Sequence record: OR699282.2
Reading direction: 5' to 3' (one strand)
Length of the DNA stretch: 64,000 bases
Both the position numbers and the translations under genes were made by a program. Numbering within the stretch: the first letter of the stretch is position 1; every line of letters starts with the position of its first letter. The notes below the pieces were generated by a model, which did no database searches, was not told where the DNA came from, and worked only from the letters and a program-made list of their open reading frames with translations. This document shows positions 49,990-60,966 of the stretch, in pieces.

Positions 49990-50392
49990 TATTTTAAATG
50001 AAAAAACAGTTGATGTTGTTATTGGTGTTCTTAACACCGCAACTTCATTTCAGAAGAAACACAGTGTTGTATACTTCGGTGAAGATTGTTGGCTGAACTA
50101 TACTAATAATTCGTTTATAATTCGTGTAGAGGCTGATGATATTGGATTAACCGTTCAGGTAGGATGTGCCAAAACTGACAAACAAATCACTGTCATTGTT
50201 GATAAACTTACGTCTTCTTTTTATGATAGTATAGATGATTGTGAACACTATAGTTCAACATTTTATGATACAGAAGAAGAACATTTTATGGAAAGTACTG
50301 TTCAAGAGTTAGCTATTCCATATAAGCTAATGAAAGCAGTGAGTGATTTAATTTTAAAATATAAAAAAATAGGAGTTACTAATGCAATTTAA
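49982..50392 (+). CDS. FQxS-box family protein
   Basis: TEEEHFMESTVQELAIPY. Confidence 0.7.
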   Translation: MSNILNEKTVDVVIGVLNTATSFQKKHSVVYFGEDCWLNYTNNSFIIRVEADDIGLTVQVGCAKTDKQITVIVDKLTSSFYDSIDDCEHYSSTFYDTEEEHFMESTVQELAIPYKLMKAVSDLILKYKKIGVTNAI

Positions 50393-52117
50393 TGGTAAAG
50401 TTTCCAAAGTAGGTTTGGTTTTTGAAAACTGTGAATTTGTTGATATTGATGTAAAGAATGTTTTATGGATGCATATTGCTGATGAGAAGACTCTTTGTAG
50501 CCGTTTTTCAAACGGACTGACAATTAGTACTGTTATCGGTGAGTTCGGTATTGCATTACGCAGCAATACACCATCGGATTTCATGGACAACTCTACACTG
50601 TTAGACCGTTTAAAAATGCGTGACGTTACACACGTTTATCTATATGATACTAACGGTGTTGAACAGCGTTATGTAGTTGAATGGGCTAATTATAACCTTA
50701 GTGATCAATATTCAGTAAACCAGCGTGTTCAAATCACCCCTGGTGGTAATATTGTGTTTGTTAGTTCAACTGGTAAATTAATCAGTGTAGATGATAAAAA
50801 CATTGACCTATTCACAGCATATAACTAATACGAGCTTCCATGAAAACAATCAAAATTCATTTCAAAGACACTTGGACAGAAGTAAGTACTGGTAATATTC
50901 AGGATATTTTATATAGTACTGAAACTATTCATGTTTATGATGAAGAGACTGCTTCCGAGCAGTTAAAAGTTTTGCATCGTAGTGTTGGTGTGCACACTGA
51001 ATATGGCATTAAACATACTCGTGAATTACTTAATACTAATCACATTGAAACCCGTAAAGCAAACTTATCAAAAGAAGAAATGTTCGATTTCATCCTGAAC
51101 CATAAAGTTCATATTGAGCCTGATGGGTCTATATGGGAGAACACTGCTGGACAAAAAGTGCTGAAAAAATATCATGTTTCAATTGATAATGTAAAAATGT
51201 CAGGGTATGATTTGGAAGATGCAATTAATGAATATGTATCTAGGCAGAGGGCAAATTGATGAGCTTGATAACATTTACAATTATTTGTTGCATTACTATT
51301 GTACTTTGTCGCCTGATTCATGTATACTCATATCATAAAGCGTTGCGAATCGAACAAGAGATTTACAACGAAAACCGAGAACCAGAACCAGTCAAGAAGC
51401 CACCATCACCTTATGGGTTGAAACGTGAGATGCATTCTCAAAGTAAAAAGTGGGGTTATGCAATTACTAAAAATGGCTACATCTATACTGCAAGTAATGG
51501 TTATTTTCAAATTCACCACGAATTAGAAGTGGCAGTTCAAATTTTGTGGGAGATGGAGGACATTGGTGGTTATGAGCGTACTAAGTTTGAATTCATATCA
51601 AATGATCCAGGAACTTCACGAGAAACATGATATAATTGTTGATGTGGAGAAGAAGGAAGTCGTTATGAAAAAGCAAGCATATAGAATTTTAGAAGACTTC
51701 CATCTAAAAGCATTTATAATGAAGTTCTGTACAGATGAACATCTTACCGGACGAGTAATACGTAAGGAGTTGTAAATGAACTTAAGTTCAACAATTCAGT
51801 ACTTGAGCAGTAACTTCGAGAAAATTATTTCTCGCGGTGGGATGATTGTACACCCAGAAACAGAGGAAATGTACATCATTGGATTTGATAAAAATTCTTA
51901 TGATCAAGTACTTGTAATTTCCAAGTTAGAAAGTTATAATGAAGTTGTTCAGTTTTGCTGTACCGAATTTGGTATCTATATTAAAGACGCTGAAACTAAT
52001 ACAATTTCGCATTATTTTTACCACACACTGATGGGTACTAAAGACTTCGGCTTGAAGTTCGATGATTTAGTACAATGTCACTATATGTTTAAAACCTTCC
52101 CAGCTAGTGGGCATTAA
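50382..52117 (+). other. hypothetical ORFs 50382-50828, 50840-51259, 51256-51630 (membrane-anchored), 51776-52117
   Basis: coupled ORFs with RBS; 51776 ends with DFGLKFDDL like the tail of the FQxS box. Confidence 0.6.
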
Positions 52118-52919
52118 GGAGTATATCAATATGAGCAACATTTTCTTCAAAACTATTTCTTTCAAAAAAGCATCTTACTCCTACGCCTACGTTGATGGTA
52201 AAGTGCTTAATATTGTACTGGATGGTGTTGACGTACCAGTTGAATTTAAAACACATGAAGAAGCAGTTGAAGGTGCTAAAGAATTGAATTCAATTCTTAA
52301 TGGTGAAGTAAGTCAAAAACAACATGTAAAATCTGATTTAGATGTACTTTTGGAAAAAATCAAAACTGGTGAAGTATTAGAAATTTTAGACAACTGTAAT
52401 GAAAAACTTCGTAATGTAGTTAATAATGTTCGTGACCAGATTCAAGAAAAAGCACTAGAGCAAGCATTCAAACATGTATCCAAGAATGCTGAATCTCGTA
52501 TTGACGGTATGGTTAAAAATCTTGATGATGTACTATCCCATCTCTTTACTAAAGAATACGAACAAGAAGTTGAAGAAGAACCAGTAAAAGAAACTAAAAA
52601 AGAAAAACGTAGCTTTGGCTCAGGTGATGATGTGTTTGGTTTTACGAATGTCAGAACAAGTGCAGATGAACCAAAAGAAATTAGTGAGATGCTCATTGGT
52701 GACATGACAACTAAGCAGCTTCGTAATGAAATTGACAAGTTTGTAACTAGTTGTATCAAATCAGAACGTGCACAAAGTATGTTTAAAAGCATTAGTGAGA
52801 ACTTTGGTCCAGAAGCAACTGAGCAGGCACTAACTGCATTTAAAGAATTGATTTATAATGTAGCCATTAGCAATCCAGATAAAACACTTGAAGAAGTTCT
52901 ACGTGACAATTTCAAATAA
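52107..52919 (+). CDS. hypothetical helical protein
   Basis: 270-aa ORF (likely start ATG near 52131 after AAGGAG). Confidence 0.65.
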   Translation: MGIKEYINMSNIFFKTISFKKASYSYAYVDGKVLNIVLDGVDVPVEFKTHEEAVEGAKELNSILNGEVSQKQHVKSDLDVLLEKIKTGEVLEILDNCNEKLRNVVNNVRDQIQEKALEQAFKHVSKNAESRIDGMVKNLDDVLSHLFTKEYEQEVEEEPVKETKKEKRSFGSGDDVFGFTNVRTSADEPKEISEMLIGDMTTKQLRNEIDKFVTSCIKSERAQSMFKSISENFGPEATEQALTAFKELIYNVAISNPDKTLEEVLRDNFK

Positions 52920-52932
52920 TTAGATAAAATTA

Positions 52933-52960
52933 AAGCCACTACAATGTAGTGGCTTTTTTT
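52933..52960. terminator. bidirectional intrinsic terminator
   Basis: AAAGCCACTAC-AAT-GTAGTGGCTTTTTT between convergent genes. Confidence 0.85.
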
Positions 52961-52961
52961 A

Positions 52962-54116
52962 TTATGCGTTGTAACCAACTATTACGACTGAGCAGTCAAG
53001 CGGTTCTACTACTTTAAGAATTACATTATCATCTTCATCCACTTGTATTTCACTATGAACTACATGATTGTCTGAAGAATATAATTGAACTTGTGGTAGT
53101 GCTTTACCATGTTCAGTTACTGGAACTGAGATAGAGTACATAGAGTCTTCACCGAGAACCCACTCACTTAAAGTATATTCTTTATGGAAAGGAGTAGTAT
53201 GCAGTGTTTTTCCGATTATACTCAAAGAAACAGGTAAATTATCAGTTTGATACACAGTAATATTACCTTCTGCGTCTACAGAAAGATCTACACCAACTTG
53301 ATATAAGTCACCACTGTATGCTTGAAGTGCTAAGTACTGTCCACGATCATGAACATCAAATGGAACAACCGCAGAAAATACACCTTCCGAAACAGGTTCA
53401 AATTGGGATAGAAGAACTGATGTAACAAAATCAATATCCTCACCACTTTCAAGAACATCAAATTCCACCACTTTAGTGTTATAATATGGAGAAGTGAGTG
53501 TAGCAGTACCTTTCCCTGATTGTGTGATAACATCAACTGGAATTGTAAATGCATCATTAACAAATTGGGTAGTAAAGTATTCTGTCCCGTCTGGTAATAC
53601 GATTGTTATTACCATACCGTTAGTATCAATTTCTGAACCAGTGTTGAATAATTTACCACTAATTGAGTCATTACCAACAAATACTGGTGAAATGAGAATA
53701 TTATCTATATCACGATCTATAATACCACATTCAGGTGTATACATATGATACAAGGTTTGTGAACTACCTAAAATTGTTTTATGTAGCATGAATTTATATA
53801 CAAATCCAGTATCAGTTTCTTGTGGCTCTTCAGAATATCCACGAACAAAGAAACAATTTTTATTAATTTCACTTAATAGTTGGTCATTAGTTTTATTGTA
53901 ATTTAATAGATAACCTTTATTATCTTTAGTTGTTATTTGTACTTTACGATATATTATATTAGTTCTTGGATCAACTAAATCATATAATCTATGGCTTCTT
54001 TGGCGATAGATTCTAATATTTTTTAGTCTAGTTCCATCATTGAGGATTGCACCATCAACAACATAACCACATTCACCAAACTTATAGCGTCCAGCCGCAG
54101 CAATTGACCTTGACAT
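52962..54116 (-). CDS. late structural-type protein with two C-terminal beta-rich repeats
   Basis: only convincing minus-strand gene; GGAGGG RBS and TAAATA (54148-54153, minus); repeats FSAVVPFDVHDRG.. and YSISVPVTEHGKA.. Confidence 0.7.
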   Translation of the reverse strand: MSRSIAAAGRYKFGECGYVVDGAILNDGTRLKNIRIYRQRSHRLYDLVDPRTNIIYRKVQITTKDNKGYLLNYNKTNDQLLSEINKNCFFVRGYSEEPQETDTGFVYKFMLHKTILGSSQTLYHMYTPECGIIDRDIDNILISPVFVGNDSISGKLFNTGSEIDTNGMVITIVLPDGTEYFTTQFVNDAFTIPVDVITQSGKGTATLTSPYYNTKVVEFDVLESGEDIDFVTSVLLSQFEPVSEGVFSAVVPFDVHDRGQYLALQAYSGDLYQVGVDLSVDAEGNITVYQTDNLPVSLSIIGKTLHTTPFHKEYTLSEWVLGEDSMYSISVPVTEHGKALPQVQLYSSDNHVVHSEIQVDEDDNVILKVVEPLDCSVVIVGYNA

Positions 54117-54232
54117 TTATCCCTCCATTGGTATAATTATTATAACGTATTTATTATGCATATCCAAAAAATGAGCTTGACTGGTGTATGATTTGGTGTT
54201 ATCATGTAGTGAATGAATAATGAGGTGTTTTT

Positions 54233-54817
54233 ATGAATGTTATTGATAATAGATTAGTACTGAAAAATGGAAAAATGACTGTTAAGTTATATAAAGATGA
54301 AGCTGATTCCTTTATGGCAAAAGCGATTGAAAAATCAGAAAGATATAAACTTTTGGCTCCAGCAAGTAAATCGCCATATGGTTTTAATCATGCACATAGT
54401 CATTTTGTTGGTATGGTGTGTGAGCACGCATCTTTAGTACTTTTTAATGAAATTGAAAACAATACTGGTATTAAACTTAATATCGATCCAGCATTCCAAA
54501 ATGAAGCACGTGACGGTGAATGTGATATTAAGGTAAACAACCTTCGTATTGAAGTAAAAGGTATCAAGTATAAATCATGGACTGACTTTGGACCATGTGT
54601 TAGTACTCGACAGTTAAAAAATATCCAGAAAAAAGCTGACGTAATACTATGGGTATTGTATAATGAGAAAAAACAAGAGTTCACGTTTGAGGGATTCAAC
54701 TATGTAAAAGATATTAGTTCTATCCCAGTTGTCCTCACTGGTGTACCAGGGCGACCAATGATTGAAAATCACCCAGTACTCGGTATTATGAAACCACTAC
54801 AGGAGTTACCATTGTGA
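54233..54817 (+). CDS. PD-(D/E)xK nuclease-like protein
   Basis: GMVCEHA...DGECDIKVNNLRIEVK; promoter TTGACT-17-TATCAT near 54177. Confidence 0.55.
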   Translation: MNVIDNRLVLKNGKMTVKLYKDEADSFMAKAIEKSERYKLLAPASKSPYGFNHAHSHFVGMVCEHASLVLFNEIENNTGIKLNIDPAFQNEARDGECDIKVNNLRIEVKGIKYKSWTDFGPCVSTRQLKNIQKKADVILWVLYNEKKQEFTFEGFNYVKDISSIPVVLTGVPGRPMIENHPVLGIMKPLQELPL

Positions 54818-56475
54818 TTACTGCAACTGTATATCAAGATATCAATGAAGAATTTCATTCTAAAATTGCGTTCTTATCATTTCCTGTACTCCCAGTAGTT
54901 GGGTCAACGTTGAATCTTACCATTTGTGGGTTTGAGAAATATTATAAAGTTCTAGATATTGAGTACTGTGCTGATGTGTATTCATGTAATAGTGAAATTG
55001 CAATTCCAGTATCAATCGATATTATTGTAAAAGAGGTTTGATTATGTTTAAGAATTTTATGGTTATCGTAGCAGTACTGTTTGGCACATCATGTTTTATT
55101 TCCCCAGTACACGCAGAAGAACAACGTCAAACTATTAAAACTATTGGGACTGGTAAAACTCCCCCTAAACGTACTGCTGACGAATACATGCCTGAAATGC
55201 GTGAACGTTATCGTCAGACATACAGGGAAAAACATGCTAATGATAAACCCATCAAGAAGCATAAATGGGAAGTTGTTAAATCTCCTTCATTTTGTGCTGG
55301 ATATGCTAAAGTAAAGATTGAGCAGCACAAAAACCAGTACTATAAAGATATGTATTCCTTCTATGACTCCAGAATTTCTGACACAGATATGATGGCAGGG
55401 AAGGTTGATAAAGAAGAATTTCTACAAGGCTATGATATGATGGACGATGACAAAATCATGGAATGCGTTGAAGTGTATGAAAAATACAGAGGCTTCTGAT
55501 GTTAACAATAGTGTTGTTGGTAAGTCCATTTGTGTATTTTGTGCTGTATAATATTTTTAGTAATGCTAATCATTTTAAATATGCACAAACAATTGCAAAA
55601 CATGAAGGATTTTGGAATTTTTTCCCAGCGTTACTATGCTCATATCTATACCATGAACGCTATTTCATTTTTCCTGAATATAAAAATTATGGTTATGATT
55701 CTAAAGTAAATGGTATAATTGAGTACTGTATAAGAAATTATCTTAATAATAATGATAACGTCCAAGTAAGAATAGGAAATGGTAATATATCAAGAATAGT
55801 TTTCATACCTGATATACAAGACCCAATATACTTATATCCATATGATTATAGTATTAGTGTAGGTTGTTCGATACATGGTAGTAAATCTATGTACGATTAC
55901 TTTATCTTACCACCAACACAAATTAAATTAATAGAAAAATATTTGAGGGAAAAGTTTGACAACAAAGATTCTTAGTATTATAATTAACACACCAAGTAAC
56001 CCAAGGGGGATGGAAAATGGATGTATTAGCTACAAATTTCAAACGTAATGTTGAAGAGCGTGAAGGTTATTTTAGTATTAGTGAAGTTGTCGATGACAAT
56101 TTTAAACAATACATTTTTAATAGTGCAATTAAATTAAAATGCACAAAAGATTCACCTGATCGTAGCTTTACTAAATGGATTGCGTATTGGGAAGATTCAC
56201 CAGTTGCAATTGAAATGACTGTGATTACAACAGTACTTGAAACTGGTTACATCAAAGCCATTATAGTTGATAAGAAAGTCCGTACTCTTGATGAAATTAA
56301 TCCATATCCAGCCCGAAATTCTAAAGTTTTTGGTGTGTTGGTTGATGGTAAATTTATGATAGAAAAAGATGCAAAGGAATATGTAATTAATAAACTTCAA
56401 ACTACATCAGAAAAAAAGGAAGTAGTGGACCAAAACTCTGTTGATGCAATCAAAAAAGCATGGGGACTAAAGTAA
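54814..56475 (+). other. hypothetical ORFs 54814-55041, 55038-55499 (signal peptide), 55499-55975 (membrane), 56017-56475
   Basis: coupled ORFs; AEE signal-peptidase-like site in 55038; promoter TTGACA-17-TATAAT near 55956. Confidence 0.6.
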
Positions 56476-56476
56476 T

Positions 56477-57321
56477 ATGTTCACACTAAGTAATGCAAAA
56501 TATCTTTTTCTTATTAGTATTATTGGTTGGGTTATGGCTCCAGTGCTAAATGCACTGGGGTTTTCCGATGAACATAAACTTTTAAATGTTTCAGGTTTAA
56601 TTCAGGGTATTTCATGGTATACATTAATTACATTTTCAGTGTGCATCAATACATTTGCCCGTGATTATCGACGTTTGTTATATCTGAAAGTATTTGGAAC
56701 TACACGATATAGTTTTGTTTACACTTTCATTTTAGTACCGTGTATGTTATATGCATTTGTATTTGATTACTATACATATCTATGGGTATGTGGAACTATG
56801 TTTGTTATGTTGGAATACATCAGAACTGTTCAAAACTCATATGCCGATGAGTTTCATGATCTAGAAGTTAAACGAAAATTAACGGAGCTAAACAAATGAG
56901 AGGCTATAATAAGATTTGTATTTTTGTATTTTTAGTTTGTGCATTCAATTCGTTTGGTTACTACTGTACAGAAAATAATATTTCATATGGTTTAAATCCT
57001 TTGTGGTTTACAATTTCCAATGTAGCACAAATTGGTATTGCTCTTATGTCTGCACTTATGTTCTGTCCAATTGTCACTATGGATACTGATCATGAAAGGC
57101 TTGGATTTCTCCGTGATACTGGAGACGAACCTTACAGTAGATTGATTGTGTTGTATCCATTTATTGTTATTTTAGGTACTAACATCCAACTTGGGTCATT
57201 ATCTAATAGTGTTACATCAGCAGCTATTGCTATATTTGCATTCACATTTTTTATGGTACACAAATCAGTACTTAATTGGTATATCACAAAAATGGCAGAA
57301 GAAGGTACTAAAAATACTTGA
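56477..57321 (+). other. two polytopic membrane proteins (56477-56899, 56896-57321)
   Basis: each has about 4 hydrophobic helices, ATGA-coupled. Confidence 0.65.
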
Positions 57322-57380
57322 CATAATTTAGTATGTTATATATAATTATTTTGTTAAAAACAAATTAGAGTAAGGAACTT

Positions 57381-58392
57381 ATGAACATCGATAAGGTCAA
57401 AGAACTTAGTGCTGCACTAATTAAGAATGAAGAAGTTTGTGAAGAACTTCGCAGTACTATCAAAGTTGAGTACGCACGACTCCAAGGTATGCTTCAAGAA
57501 TCAGAATGGGTAGTAACTAAATCTATCGAAGCAATCTATAAGGATATCGAATCCCTTTTCAACAAGAAAAGTAAGATTGAATCTGATTCATATAACAAAC
57601 GTAAAGAGTTATCTACTGCACTTGGTATCTAAAAGTATTTGAGATAACAAATAATATGGAGTACAATGTGCTCCTAATTTAATTATCAGCTAAAAAGGAA
57701 AACATTATGAAATCTATTCTCGTTGCAGTTAACCTGGTTGCTTCCCCATCTTTCAACTTCAAACAAGTTGTTGCTGATAATCTGAAGAAGATCTGTCCAA
57801 ACGCTGAATTAACTTTCTGTGTGTTTGATTCAGAAAAAGTAACTAAAGTTGATCTAAACTATCTTTTGAACGAAGTAAAAAGCGTTTCTGGTGAAAGTAA
57901 CTTAAAAGTTCTTCATGATATTGCAGAAGATTATGATGACACTCTAGTAATTTCGGAGAAATTCTAAATCAAATGATTACATTCATTCAGTACTTAATCA
58001 TTAAATTTTTTGGCTATCATACGATTGAAGGCAAAGCTACACTCGCACATAAAATCTTTGTAGCATTATGTACGGGTGATTATGACGTATTGAATAAGTA
58101 CTGTAAATCTAAAGCATGTATTGATATAATGGCACTTCGTATCTATGAGTGCCGTTCCAATAGATACAATTTTTACCAATACAGATTTGATGAAAAAGAA
58201 TTTGATAGCATCAAAATGCTTAAGAATTTATGTAACAATAAAAAGAATATGCATATATCAGAATTTGTTGCTTTGTATTTTTATTTAAAAAGTTCATTGT
58301 ATATGAACACAATGCAAAGATTCGATACTAGAATTAATGTATTCACCGATAAAGAATTTTATATATACGATAAATTCTTAGATAAGGTTTAA
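57381..58392 (+). other. hypothetical ORFs 57381-57632, 57707-57967, 57973-58392
   Basis: promoter TTGACA-17-TATAAT near 57318; AAGGA RBS. Confidence 0.6.
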
Positions 58393-58393
58393 T

Positions 58394-58891
58394 ATGACAA
58401 CTGTTTATATTGATAAACGATTAAATTTATTGATTACCGATTCTAGAGTTACGTCAACTATACCACGAAACTTATTTGGTTTTTTCCCACTAAGACCAAA
58501 ATATCAATATGGAGTTGTTAATCAAAAAACTTTATATGTACATGACCGTTTATTCAGTGCTAGTGGGGTAGTAAGTGAAATTGATAAAGTACTGGATTGG
58601 TTAATTAATAAAGTACCAGTTATACCTGACAGAAAGTTAAGTTGCCATTGTGTGCTTCTTTCTAAAGATTATGTTATTCATATGATTTTAACTAAAGGAA
58701 AGTTTATTAAAAAACTTGAATATCTACATGAAGACTACACTTTCTTTATGGGAAGTGGTGGAGAATACATGCTAGATGCTGCTATTCATGAAGAACATAC
58801 AACTTTATATGATAAAGTGTTTAGTACTTTCATGGATGTGCACAACCATGATTGTTTCACAGATGATAATATTAATGTATATCGATTTTGA
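58394..58891 (+). CDS. Ntn-hydrolase / HslV-proteasome-beta-like protein
   Basis: starts M-T-T, then TDSR, QK, SASG, FMGSGG and C-terminal HDCFTDD. Confidence 0.55.
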   Translation: MTTVYIDKRLNLLITDSRVTSTIPRNLFGFFPLRPKYQYGVVNQKTLYVHDRLFSASGVVSEIDKVLDWLINKVPVIPDRKLSCHCVLLSKDYVIHMILTKGKFIKKLEYLHEDYTFFMGSGGEYMLDAAIHEEHTTLYDKVFSTFMDVHNHDCFTDDNINVYRF

Positions 58892-58912
58892 TTTCGTCAT
58901 TAGGAGATGTAA

Positions 58913-59878
58913 GTGAAAAAGCTTGATTTAAATACAATTGCCGAAGAAGTTCTGGATGAATGTTTTGCTAATGAAGAAGTCAACACACTAGAAGCCTTAG
59001 ATTTCGTTGAAGATAAAGATGAAAATGAAGGTAAAGTACAAAGCAGTTTCAAATATAATATTACACTTAAGCGACCACCAAATGTTTCCAATGAAGATCT
59101 AATTCGTGATATTCAAGCTGGTATCAATGTAAAGAAAAACACTGAACTGTTAGTTCGTTACAATTATGGACTGATTATTGATGTAGCAAGTAAATGTACT
59201 TGTTATATCCCATTTGAAGATAAGATTTCATATGGTGTTGAGGGGTTCATGAGAGCACTAAAAACCTTTGATCTTAATAAGAATGTTAAGTTCATTACCT
59301 ATGCTTCTTCTAGTATTTACATGACAGTCTATAACGAAAGTTCTGACGCTAACTATATGGTACACTTCCCACGTTATATGAGTGTTCATAAGATCAAAGT
59401 AAAAAGATTCTGTCAGGAATATATGCGTAAACATGGTGTTCGCCCAACTCCTGAAATAATCTCAGAGGGTACTGGGATTGAGATTCAGCATGTTAATAAT
59501 TGTTTGTTATTTCAAAGCGAATACACTTCGCTGGATGCACCATTAGACGGTGTTACAGATGGTACATTAGGTGACATTATTCATTCACCTGCTTCTGATT
59601 TTAACCTCAATGTTGATAGTATCCGTGCACCTTTACGTTATGCTATCAATGAACTGACTAACGAATTGAGTACTAAAGAACGTGAGATTATCCAGCGTGT
59701 TCATGGTCTAGGTGAATATGAACCTGAAACGCTTCGTGAGATTGCTGATAATGGTTTTGTTGATGATAATGGAAAATATGTTAAATCCCGTTCATCAATA
59801 CACCGAAAGTACAGTGAAGCTATGCAAAAGCTTAAGAAGTTAGTACTTGCAAAAGGGTACGAATACGAAGATTTCTAA
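58913..59878 (+). CDS. sigma70-family RNA polymerase sigma factor
   Basis: LLVRYNYGLIIDVASK, DKISYGVEGFMRALKTFD, KFITYA, RPTPEIIS, SLDAPL, LSTKEREII, ETLREIA. Confidence 0.9.
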   Translation: MKKLDLNTIAEEVLDECFANEEVNTLEALDFVEDKDENEGKVQSSFKYNITLKRPPNVSNEDLIRDIQAGINVKKNTELLVRYNYGLIIDVASKCTCYIPFEDKISYGVEGFMRALKTFDLNKNVKFITYASSSIYMTVYNESSDANYMVHFPRYMSVHKIKVKRFCQEYMRKHGVRPTPEIISEGTGIEIQHVNNCLLFQSEYTSLDAPLDGVTDGTLGDIIHSPASDFNLNVDSIRAPLRYAINELTNELSTKEREIIQRVHGLGEYEPETLREIADNGFVDDNGKYVKSRSSIHRKYSEAMQKLKKLVLAKGYEYEDF

Positions 59879-59885
59879 AGAACAA

Positions 59886-59911
59886 GGGTTGGCTTATGCC
59901 AACCTTTTTTT
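59886..59911 (+). terminator. intrinsic terminator after the sigma factor gene
   Basis: GGGTTGGC-TTAT-GCCAACC-TTTTTTT. Confidence 0.85.
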
Positions 59912-59943
59912 ATGGGATGAAGTAAAAGTTTGTGATATAATTA

Positions 59944-60188
59944 TCTTGTACAATTCTGTTGGCATGATATTCATGTACCTGATCCACTCGAAAACGTAGA
60001 GGGCAGTTGAGCAGTCCGACAGTGCGAACAGCAAAAGAAACCCGTTAGATGTGGGCATAGTTTGAACCCCTCACGGCAATGCGGCTGTATAAAGAACCAC
60101 GTTAGGATAGCTGGTGGTTCCTTGATAGACATATAAGGATAACACCTTACGAATTATCTAAGGGAGAGTTATCGAATTTTGTACAGGA
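59944..60188 (+). ncRNA. candidate structured ncRNA C (about 245 nt)
   Basis: extended -10 TG-A-TATAAT at 59933-59941; 13-bp closing stem; internal GAACCAC/GTGGTTC; raised GC; no ORF. Confidence 0.6.
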
Positions 60189-60200
60189 AAGTTGCGTCCA

Positions 60201-60420
60201 AAATTTGAGTACTCACATTAAGTATTTGATTGCATAGATACTTAATGAAGATACACTATGTTTAAAAGTGTAGACCGTCATATGAAACTGAAGTAGAGAG
60301 AAACAGGATGACCCGCTTTCGCACTCGTTATGAGTAATCTTCAATGCAATAGCTCTGATACCATCAGCGTCAAATTTCCCTCCTTGTGGGGGGAAGAAAA
60401 ATCCCTTCCTCAAATCCCGT
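60201..60420 (+). ncRNA. candidate structured ncRNA D (about 220 nt)
   Basis: AAATTTGA/TCAAATTT closing stem, 10-bp and 6-bp perfect hairpins, TTCCCTCC/GGGGGGAA hairpin. Confidence 0.55.
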
Positions 60421-60528
60421 CAATATTAAAAGTCCTTGACAGTTATTAATCATTCGCGTAGAATACGTAGTATTAGAAGCGAACAGACATCTCGAAGAGA
60501 TGGATGATTAACCATTAAGGAATATCCA

Positions 60529-60965
60529 ATGAATTCAGTAATCTTTTTAGTAGTCGCTTTTTCTGTTAATTCCGGTGTACAAATAACCCCAATGAATTCC
60601 ATGAATCAATGTATAGCAGTACGTGATAGTACATACGAACAAGTAAACAAAGATATTTGGATTACAGTTAATAAAGAACAAATGTGGTGTTACAATAGTA
60701 ATACTAACACAAAGCTTATTGTAGGACAAACTCAATGAGTTATGGTGTTCGTTTTGAGATTCGTTCTATTGTCATCGATGCAGAGAAACAAGTATCGTTA
60801 GATGGTGATATACGTGAAATTTATCTATCATGTATACGTGCGAAATCTGAAGCAGATGCCTTAGTACAAATGTATAGTTTTAACTTTTCAAATGGATTCT
60901 ATTTGGTACGAGTTATTGAAGTGAAAAAAGTACTTATTGGTTGTAGCATAGAAGGATTAATGTAA
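60529..60965 (+). other. two small hypothetical ORFs (60529-60738, 60735-60965)
   Basis: promoter TTGACA-17-TAGAAT near 60436; AAGGA RBS. Confidence 0.55.
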
Positions 60966-60966
60966 A

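Noticed and set aside
59944-60188. RNase P, 6S or SRP RNA assignment for ncRNA C
   Set aside because: Only a short RNase P-like stretch; GAGGAAAGUCC and the 3' P4 strand are absent; not rod-shaped like 6S; no SRP GGAA loop motif recognised.
60213-60413. 66-aa minus-strand ORF
   Set aside because: No convincing RBS or promoter; it overlaps the multibranch structure of ncRNA D.
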